A DNA stretch of 64,000 bases from Nitrospirota bacterium (GTDB lineage Bacteria > Nitrospirota > Nitrospiria > Nitrospirales > Nitrospiraceae): contig CAVPBK010000006.1 of NCBI GenBank assembly GCA_963701855.1, positions 384,001-448,000 of the forward strand, read 5' to 3'. Position 1 is the stretch's first letter. The number at the start of each line of letters is the position of its first letter. The notes beneath the pieces were generated by a model, which saw nothing but the letters and a program-made list of their open reading frames with translations, was not told the DNA's origin and ran no database searches. Below, in pieces: positions 56,763 through 64,000 of the stretch. The translations under genes and the position numbers were made by a program.

Positions 56763-58655
56763 TCACAATGAATCAATGCGGTTCGGTTTATCGAGCGCAC
56801 TCGATGCGCCTGCCATCGCCGGCATACCATGGGGCAATTCCCCCTTACTCGGCGCTGTCGTGGCCGCTTTAGCCTTATCACCCATCGTGGCCACCCAGAA
56901 AATGAACGCGACAATCATGCAGAAAAAGAACGTGCACAAGGCCATGATCCCGGATGCATAGCCGAGTGCCGGTGAAAACGCGTATTGCGACGTATCACGG
57001 ACGACCCCATACACATGCCAATGGACGCGAGAGGACGACCGTGCATACCCCATCAAGGTCATCAGGAGGATGACCATGATCGCGTTGAGGACCAGAGAGT
57101 AACCGGCACGGGGCGGCATCTTGCCCCAGACCATTTCCGTTGTGGTCTTGGCGCTCTTCAGCAGCAAGGCTGTCAGCGGCGTGATGGTCAACATGACCCC
57201 GATCACGATCAATACCTGCGACGTCGAGAAATAATTGATGCGAATAATTGCGGGAACAAAATATCCCCACACACCGAGGATAATCACCCCGATTCCGGCA
57301 AGGACAAGCACGGCGCCCATGATTGCTTTGGCGACCTTCGCCCAGCCGGCCGTGTCTTGCTTACCAGCCCGCCAATACATAATGAAACTCATGAATGTCA
57401 CGAGAATCATCAAGTTCGATACGGTCATTTTTGCCGACATCACACCGAGGACTCCCAGAAGCGGGTGGTGAGTTCCTCCCATCTTTGCCGCCTCTTCCAA
57501 ACTCGCCACGAGCGAATGGGGGGTCATCCAGACAGCCAGGCACAATAGAAGAACTACCAGCATCGCCAACATCGGCTTCCGGTACTTCAACGCAGACCCG
57601 GGAATGCGATAGGTGATCCCCAGCCAGAAATAATAGTTCGACCCGAGAAAGAGCACCCCGATGAGCATGGCCTGCAGAATGAACAGCCACGAGAGGAAGC
57701 CTCCCATCAGCGTGATACCCATCTGCTGGTTGTACTGGTAAATTTCACGCATGAGCCAGTAACCGGCAAAGGGGAGCGACAACAGACCGAAGACGCCGAT
57801 GAAATTCCCGACGTAGCCCATCCAGTCGTAGTGATCGCGCTCTTCCGGGGTTTTGGCAGACAGATAGCGAATTCCGGCGTAGGCGCCGCAGATATAACCG
57901 CCCAGGACCACGTTGGCGATGATCCGGTGAATGTTGACCGGCCACCAGGTCGGATTCCATGTCGCGGCCCAGGCCCGCGCCATATCCGTCCCCTCCGCAA
58001 TCACGACAGGACTGGCCTGGAACGTAGCCCAGGAGTTCGGTATGATCATGATAAAAAATGCAAAGACGTTGAGCATGAGACCGAGAAAAATATGAAAAGT
58101 CTTCTTGCCGCCGTACTGCATTGCGTCCCAGCCATACCAGTAGAGGTACAGCGTCGCGGTCTCGACCAGGAAAAGGATGCAATAGACAATAAACGACGGG
58201 AAGAAAATATCGGTCAGATAGTTCATCAGCTTGGGATAAAACGCGATCAGCAGGAATAATAAGATGCCGCCGAAGAGCGCGGTTGTGGAATAAGCGGATG
58301 TCAGGAGTTTGGTGAATTCCTTGGCGAGTTTGTCATAGCGCTTTTCACCGCCCCTCCAGGCCACGACTTCGCATACCCAGGCAAACATCGGCACACCCAG
58401 TACAAATCCCGCAAGCAGCAAATGGAGCTGCGCCACAACCCAGATGACGTTGCGGCTGCCGACGTAGGGAACGTCACGATACTCCGTCGGGGCTGCCGGT
58501 GCGACATCTGCCCCAAAAGCCAGCGCGGGAAGGCTGAAGAGGCCTGCTGCTATCACAAGCCCCAAGAGCGTTCCCCCGTGCTCGCTCCCGTTCCGGAGAA
58601 GCCGCTGAATCCATCCACCCTGATATCGCATTGCCCTCACCTCATCATCTCCCAT
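56763..58655 (-). CDS. Cytochrome bd-like oxidase subunit I (CydA-like)
   Basis: QLHLLLAGFVLG.P, ETATLYLY.YGW, NP.WWP.NIHR, GGTHHP. Confidence 0.88.
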   Translation of the reverse strand: MGDDEVRAMRYQGGWIQRLLRNGSEHGGTLLGLVIAAGLFSLPALAFGADVAPAAPTEYRDVPYVGSRNVIWVVAQLHLLLAGFVLGVPMFAWVCEVVAWRGGEKRYDKLAKEFTKLLTSAYSTTALFGGILLFLLIAFYPKLMNYLTDIFFPSFIVYCILFLVETATLYLYWYGWDAMQYGGKKTFHIFLGLMLNVFAFFIMIIPNSWATFQASPVVIAEGTDMARAWAATWNPTWWPVNIHRIIANVVLGGYICGAYAGIRYLSAKTPEERDHYDWMGYVGNFIGVFGLLSLPFAGYWLMREIYQYNQQMGITLMGGFLSWLFILQAMLIGVLFLGSNYYFWLGITYRIPGSALKYRKPMLAMLVVLLLCLAVWMTPHSLVASLEEAAKMGGTHHPLLGVLGVMSAKMTVSNLMILVTFMSFIMYWRAGKQDTAGWAKVAKAIMGAVLVLAGIGVIILGVWGYFVPAIIRINYFSTSQVLIVIGVMLTITPLTALLLKSAKTTTEMVWGKMPPRAGYSLVLNAIMVILLMTLMGYARSSSRVHWHVYGVVRDTSQYAFSPALGYASGIMALCTFFFCMIVAFIFWVATMGDKAKAATTAPSKGELPHGMPAMAGASSALDKPNRIDSL

Positions 58656-58656
58656 G

Positions 58657-59682
58657 TTACTGGTTCCTGGCGGCAGCCGGAGCTGTTTCTGTTGCTTCCG
58701 GTACTTCCTGCACTTTCACGGCTTCTGTGTCTGCTTTGTCTTTTTCCTTGCTCCGCGCTTTTTTCAGTTCAGATTTCGCCCGCTGTTCTACCAGCATTTC
58801 GACCTGCGCCGCAAGATGAGCGATCATTTTTTCATCTTTATTCAGAGTCTCAAGAGGCTTGAATACCGGCGCGGGACTTTCTTCAATCTGCTTGCAACAA
58901 TCGTGCGGATGCGGGGTAAGCACCGGGAGAGAAGACCAGAACAGGAGTGACAACACCACAGCCACGCTGGACAATACTGTCAGCATCAATCCCTGATCCG
59001 CCGGCACCCGCATCAAATCCCAGCGGGTAATCAACCCTTGATAATTCTCCGACGCATGACCTGCCGACTCCACCGTCCCCCGAATCACCCGTCCTATGAG
59101 TGAAAAACCGATGACAAACAGCAACAGCAACGTCCCTGTGGCTACAGTGGCCCAGAGGGTCAGATCGATACTGATCCGCTCCGCCACAGGTATTCCCTTT
59201 AGAAGGTCCCTTTCAAATATCGAATTGGCGGCAGAAATCGCGACTTCAGTGATCGTACTCTGAACCACCCAGAGGATCGGCACATAGATGGCGCCGACCA
59301 ATGCACACTTCCACCAAAGCGTCGGCCCCAGCAAACTTGGCGGCTCGCGCCGTAACCGTTCGAGGAAAAATGTTCGACCCACGACCCTGAGTGCCCAGAT
59401 GTCGATGGGAATCGACAGCAAAAACAGCAACACGATGCCAATGCCTTCACCGATGTGCGAATCCAGCCCCAGAGTGATTGTTGGAAGCGCGAACACCGTG
59501 ACCGGACTTGCCAGGAGCATCAAGAAGGCGAGCCCGATTCTGTTTTCAAATTGCACGATTCCGAATGCCAGAAAGAGTACGGCGATGGCCAGCTTGAACG
59601 GCAGGCCGGTCCAGAAGGCGGGCCAGAGAATACCGAACCCGAGCTTTATGGGGGAGATGTGATCGTTCATGCGAATACCCAA
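58657..59682 (-). CDS. Hypothetical membrane protein
   Basis: Multiple TM segments, within the respiratory gene run. Confidence 0.75.
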   Translation of the reverse strand: MGIRMNDHISPIKLGFGILWPAFWTGLPFKLAIAVLFLAFGIVQFENRIGLAFLMLLASPVTVFALPTITLGLDSHIGEGIGIVLLFLLSIPIDIWALRVVGRTFFLERLRREPPSLLGPTLWWKCALVGAIYVPILWVVQSTITEVAISAANSIFERDLLKGIPVAERISIDLTLWATVATGTLLLLFVIGFSLIGRVIRGTVESAGHASENYQGLITRWDLMRVPADQGLMLTVLSSVAVVLSLLFWSSLPVLTPHPHDCCKQIEESPAPVFKPLETLNKDEKMIAHLAAQVEMLVEQRAKSELKKARSKEKDKADTEAVKVQEVPEATETAPAAARNQ

Positions 59683-59700
59683 CGATGAACGCCAGCGGGC

Positions 59701-59777
59701 AGGTAGGCTGAAGTCGAGGTTGAGCGAAGATCCGACGTGCTCATCTGAGCTTCAACCTTAGCCTGAGCCTCAACCTT
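59701..59777. repeat. Inverted array of 6-bp repeats
   Basis: AGGCTG/AAGTCG/AGGTTG facing TTCAAC/CTTAGC/CTGAGC/CTCAAC. Confidence 0.7.
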
Positions 59778-59808
59778 CTCCATGCTGGCAAACATTTTCA
59801 GCATTCTG

Positions 59809-60921
59809 CTAATCCAAAAACGAGCGATTGATAATGGCAGAAACCGTGAAAAGGAGGATCGACGCCGTGAGCACCACCCACCCTATCAGAGCAAACGGGC
59901 GCTTGAAAATATTCCGTTCTGGGTTGCGGTCGAAGAACGGTAACAACATCAGCATGACCCCAAGGGCGCTGGGAAACGCAATCGAACCGAGAAACTGTCC
60001 AAACTGTCCGGAAAACATCTTCAATCGAAGATGTTGGAAGATGAACAAGAAGTACCATTCCGGTTCCGGATGATATTCGCCCGGATCAGGCGTCGCCTCA
60101 TCCAACAAGACCACCGGCTCCCAGAAGGCCAGCGCGCTGATACAGGCAAAGACCACCGCCATCCCGACCACGTCTTTCCAAATCTGCCGTGGGAAAAAAT
60201 AGTCGGTCTTCGCCTTCAGCTCTGTCGGCGTACCCTGGAATGGACCAGCCGGCCCCGCGCATCGAAAGAGAAAGAGATGCAGCCCGGCCAACCCAATCAG
60301 GGCCGCAGGGAGCACCATGACGTGAATGACGAAGAACCGGCTTAAGGTCATCTGCCCAGGGATCGGACCTCCTTTAAGAAACCGCGCCAAAAAGTCGCCC
60401 AGCACCGGTATCTTATCTATAATTTCGACGCCGACCGTCGTGGCCCAATAGGCTCGCTGGTCCCACGGAAGCAAATAGCCTGTAAAGCCAAACCCCAGCA
60501 CAAGAGCGAACAGCGCCAACCCGACCAACCAGATGAGTTCACGCGGTTTCTTATACGCGCCCCAGAGAAAAACTTGGGACATATGCGCAAAGACGCAGAG
60601 CACCATGGCTGAAGAGCCCCAAAAATGGTAACTCAGCAGGAACCAGCCGTAGTCAATATTGTGAATGATGTACTGGGTACTGGCGTAGGCATGGTCCGCC
60701 GTGGGCACGTAGTAGAACATCAGCAGCACGCCCGTGACCGCCTGCATGATGAAGATAAACAACAGGATTGACCCGAAGACGTAGGCCCAACGAGAGCCTC
60801 CCGGAACCGCCTCATTGAGCATCTTCGCTGCAAGCAGTTTCAGGCCGACTCGCTCGTCGACAAAAGCGAAGACTTTTTCGGCGACGGTTGTCTGCGTGCC
60901 GGCAGAAGGGGTGTCGCTCAT
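59809..60921 (-). CDS. qcrB: Cytochrome b of a bc-type complex
   Basis: H..GSS....H, GYLLPWDQ.AYW, RFF.IH...H, PEWY. Confidence 0.95.
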   Translation of the reverse strand: MSDTPSAGTQTTVAEKVFAFVDERVGLKLLAAKMLNEAVPGGSRWAYVFGSILLFIFIMQAVTGVLLMFYYVPTADHAYASTQYIIHNIDYGWFLLSYHFWGSSAMVLCVFAHMSQVFLWGAYKKPRELIWLVGLALFALVLGFGFTGYLLPWDQRAYWATTVGVEIIDKIPVLGDFLARFLKGGPIPGQMTLSRFFVIHVMVLPAALIGLAGLHLFLFRCAGPAGPFQGTPTELKAKTDYFFPRQIWKDVVGMAVVFACISALAFWEPVVLLDEATPDPGEYHPEPEWYFLFIFQHLRLKMFSGQFGQFLGSIAFPSALGVMLMLLPFFDRNPERNIFKRPFALIGWVVLTASILLFTVSAIINRSFLD

Positions 60922-61854
60922 CTAAACGATCCGCGTTTGAGACTTCGTCCCGGCCTTAAATTCCATATCGATAATTTGCACTTCGCCGCTCGCGGACACC
61001 TTTATCGGCAGCAAGTCGAGAGGGCGTGGGGCTGGTCCATCCAACACCTGGCCGGCCGCATCATAGATGCTCAAGTGGCAGGGGCAGAGAAAGACTTGCC
61101 CGAGCACCTTGTGCTTACGCCATTTAAACGCGCAACCGAGGTGAGGACATTTACCGGAAAATGCAAGGTACGGCATGTCCTTCTTATTGGTCCAGATGGC
61201 TTTCCCTTCGGCGTCCAGAAAGTCCATATCTTTCCCGTGATACACTTTTTCCAGCACCGCAGGAGTGGCCTTGATGAGCCACGCATTCTTCTCGACTTCG
61301 GCTTCCGGCAAATAGACTTCTTTGACTATGCGCCTATATTGGAATTGCGTCCCTGTGTCGGGGAATTTCACCTTCTCAATGTTACCGATCTTCAGCCATC
61401 TATTGTCCAGCGGCGCATACATCGGCTTCATCAAAAACTTCATCACGGGAAAAACCAGCGGCAATCCGATAAACAACCCCGTCACGTAGGTCAAATTCGC
61501 AAAAAATGTCCGCCGTTTGACATTCCGCTCCAACTCAGGAAACGGGACCAGGACTTCACCCGGCGTGACATGAATATGCCTCTCAAGACCAGGAATTTCC
61601 ACTTCATGCAGCGTGACATAGTCGTCACGCTTGAACGGCGGCAAGCCCAGGACTTCGGACGAGGACGACCGCAGCTGCACCAGATCGTCCGCCACAGTCT
61701 GCACCGCACCCATGGGTACCTGCCGTTCGCCTCTGCCGTTCATCGACACGACAAGATGGCTGACCTCATGGGACAGCGGGTCCATGATGACCCTGGACAC
61801 CTCCCCGATTTCTTGGTCCGTACAGCGGACTTTCGACTTCAGTTGAGGCTGCAT
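60922..61854 (-). CDS. qcrA: Rieske Fe-S subunit with N-terminal PRC-barrel
   Basis: CPHLGC and CPCH; internal KRRTFF plus TM. Confidence 0.93.
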   Translation of the reverse strand: MQPQLKSKVRCTDQEIGEVSRVIMDPLSHEVSHLVVSMNGRGERQVPMGAVQTVADDLVQLRSSSSEVLGLPPFKRDDYVTLHEVEIPGLERHIHVTPGEVLVPFPELERNVKRRTFFANLTYVTGLFIGLPLVFPVMKFLMKPMYAPLDNRWLKIGNIEKVKFPDTGTQFQYRRIVKEVYLPEAEVEKNAWLIKATPAVLEKVYHGKDMDFLDAEGKAIWTNKKDMPYLAFSGKCPHLGCAFKWRKHKVLGQVFLCPCHLSIYDAAGQVLDGPAPRPLDLLPIKVSASGEVQIIDMEFKAGTKSQTRIV

Positions 61855-61855
61855 G

Positions 61856-62659
61856 CTACTTCTTCTTAATCGGCTTTGGCGTATTCACGGATGTATTTTT
61901 AAATGTGCTCAGCCAGGTGGCGAGTGCCGTGATGTCGCTGTCCTCCATCACGTCCTTAAACTTGTTCGGCATCTTGCCTTTCTCCCAGTCCTTCTCAAAC
62001 CCCTCGGCCATAAAGCTCTTGGGGTCCATAATTTTCTGCTTAATCTCGGCGACTGTGAGGTACGAGCCGATGTTGTCCAACTCCGGACCACGCTTCTTCC
62101 CCCCCTCGCCCTTCAGCTTGTGGCAGTTGTAACATTCTTGCAGTTGCCACTGCTCTTCACCAATTCTTATAAAGTCCCCTGCCGGCGCCGTGCTGGTCAC
62201 GATCGGGGAAGTGCCGGTTGCCGGCACTTTCGTCACCTGAGAATCCTCGCCCAGCGCCCTGAGCTGCACCTCTAACGCCTTCACCTGCTCGTCGAGCACC
62301 TTCACCCGTGCGATTAACTCCTCGGCCTTCCCCTGCTCCGTGGCTTTCCGTTTCGGTTCGAGGATCTTGGCAATCTTCCCCTTTTCATCTTCGGGATCAA
62401 ATTGCGGCCACATTGAGGCACCGGTAATGAACACCGTGCACAGCACGACGTAGAACATCACAGTGGCAACCACAGATTTCGCCCTACTCATAGTCTTGAC
62501 CGACGGGGCATCCAGTAACATGAAAACGGCGGCCCCGAACATCGCTTGGGCGAAGAACATCATCTGGAAAACGAATGGAAACTCGAGCGCTCTCGAAAGG
62601 CCGAACAGCGCGCCACCCACCACCAAACCGATGCACAGCTTCTTAATTACGTTCCCCAT
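61856..62659 (-). CDS. Membrane-bound monoheme cytochrome c
   Basis: CYNCH; 3 TM plus coiled coil. Confidence 0.9.
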   Translation of the reverse strand: MGNVIKKLCIGLVVGGALFGLSRALEFPFVFQMMFFAQAMFGAAVFMLLDAPSVKTMSRAKSVVATVMFYVVLCTVFITGASMWPQFDPEDEKGKIAKILEPKRKATEQGKAEELIARVKVLDEQVKALEVQLRALGEDSQVTKVPATGTSPIVTSTAPAGDFIRIGEEQWQLQECYNCHKLKGEGGKKRGPELDNIGSYLTVAEIKQKIMDPKSFMAEGFEKDWEKGKMPNKFKDVMEDSDITALATWLSTFKNTSVNTPKPIKKK

Positions 62660-62697
62660 GCAGACTCTCAGTCCTCAGTAGACGTGCTGCACCCCGA

Positions 62698-64000
62698 TTA
62701 CTTGGCCCTGGCAGGAATAGGACTGCCTTCGGGTACATGCCCCTTCGAATCAGAAGGCCGAAGGGCCACGAAAACCGCAAAACTTACAGCAATGAAAAAA
62801 ACGACTGAAATTCCCGTAATACACCAGGCGGAATACGACAGCGTCGGCGTGAAGGACTCCGCAGTAAAGTCTGGCAACAAACTGTAGGTATGGAAGTACT
62901 TCCGCACCAGCGAGCGGACGGCACCCATCAAACCCATCATCCAAATTGAACTGAAGGCCAGAAAGATCAGCACGAACTGAGAGGCGAAATCGATTTTCCC
63001 CCAGATAATCGTGCCTTGTTTAATGGCTCGGTTATACAAGACATAGTTGACGACCGTGGCAAACACCAGCGTGAATATCGCGGCAAGTTTGACCGGCATC
63101 GACGATAGAAACTCCCAATCAGACGGCAGCTTCAACTCTTCCATCATCTTGGCGCTGGTGGGCGCGAAACCATGGGGAGTGAGCCAGATCGCATCGCCCA
63201 CAATGACCATCAAAAAGCCGATTTTAATCACAGTCCGCGCAGACACCGTGTACGGAATGAACCGGCCCAAGAGCGGCGCCAGAACCAACGGGAGGAGGAA
63301 CGCCAACGACATCGGGTCGGGAATCCAGTAGTAATTCATCACCACCATCATGACAAAGGGGAACGCCACCATCACGATGGGAGCCAGGATCGTCATCCGG
63401 ACCTTTTCGACCCCCTCAATACGTTTCATGCTGAGCCAGACGTAATAGTTACTGGCCAAGAACATGAGTCCGATCATGGCTCCCTGCATTTCGAAAAACA
63501 TCGAGAGCTGGTCGGCCATCATGTACGGACAGAACGAAAAATCGTAATCGCACATCTGGTACGCGTACAGTAATCCTGTAAAGGGCTGAAACAGCATCGC
63601 GCCCACGCCGATCAGATTTCCGACAAAGCCCATCCAATCGTAGTACGCCCGCTCTTCTTGATTTTTCGCCCCCATGTACATATAGGCGGCGATCATGCCC
63701 GTCACAAATCCTCCGAACGCCACATTCCCATCGATCCGGTGAAGGCTGAGCGGAAACCAGCCGACATTGGCGATCTTGTCCCATAAGCTCGCAGCAACGA
63801 GAAACTCTTGCGGCGAGATACCCTCAGCCTTCGGCGGCGTATTCATGAACGATGTCGGGCCATTGATCACGAACATCGTGATCATACAGATGAGATTCAA
63901 GAGCACACCGAGGGCAATATGACGCCCCTTCTTCTCACCCTTCCAGGTGTCCCACATGTAGAAATACATGTACAACACGATGGTCCCGCTGATGAACAAC
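62698..64000 (-). CDS. Second cytochrome bd-like oxidase subunit (5' end outside the window)
   Basis: WFPLSLHR, ERAYYDWMGFVGN; clear paralog of 56763-58655. Confidence 0.85.
   Translation of the reverse strand, partial: LFISGTIVLYMYFYMWDTWKGEKKGRHIALGVLLNLICMITMFVINGPTSFMNTPPKAEGISPQEFLVAASLWDKIANVGWFPLSLHRIDGNVAFGGFVTGMIAAYMYMGAKNQEERAYYDWMGFVGNLIGVGAMLFQPFTGLLYAYQMCDYDFSFCPYMMADQLSMFFEMQGAMIGLMFLASNYYVWLSMKRIEGVEKVRMTILAPIVMVAFPFVMMVVMNYYWIPDPMSLAFLLPLVLAPLLGRFIPYTVSARTVIKIGFLMVIVGDAIWLTPHGFAPTSAKMMEELKLPSDWEFLSSMPVKLAAIFTLVFATVVNYVLYNRAIKQGTIIWGKIDFASQFVLIFLAFSSIWMMGLMGAVRSLVRKYFHTYSLLPDFTAESFTPTLSYSAWCITGISVVFFIAVSFAVFVALRPSDSKGHVPEGSPIPARAK

Noticed and set aside
60937..61869. Long antisense ORFs (also 14362-15198, 29746-30702, 54438-55241)
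   Set aside because: Shadow frames opposite well-supported genes

Overview
Gene content suggests a Nitrospira/Nitrospirota chromosome segment (inferred, not searched). It has four parts. (1) 1-24 kb is a general-stress/osmoprotection region (ferritin-like protein, Fe/Mn SOD, OtsA, glycogen-debranching enzyme, BON, YtxH, CBS, two MFS, GT4, a paralogous family of small exported proteins) organised around a HAMP histidine kinase/NtrC-type pair, with several sigma54-type promoters and shared enhancer-like motifs. (2) 24.0-35.1 kb is island B, a satellite-like element (Prim-Pol/helicase, orphan DNA methyltransferase, resolvase scar, Xis, tyrosine integrase, MauJ/HEPN-like cargo). (3) 35.1-49.8 kb is island A, with a Rep_trans-RadC-Xis-Int backbone, a hairpin origin and defence-like cargo. 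The cargo includes a translationally coupled EEP-nuclease plus small-protein pair flanked by attC-like half sites, my best candidate for an undescribed system. Both islands sit in tandem at the 3' half of tRNA-Thr(CGT), with 45-46 bp att copies at 24011 and 35073, and each has its own paired arm-type motif. (4) 50-64 kb is core genome: pseudo-caspase, ubiA and a respiratory cluster (bd-like oxidases, bc-type Rieske/cytochrome b, c-type cytochromes, NxrC-like heme b protein) punctuated by palindromic repeats. Product calls come from motif recognition only; no database searches were run.
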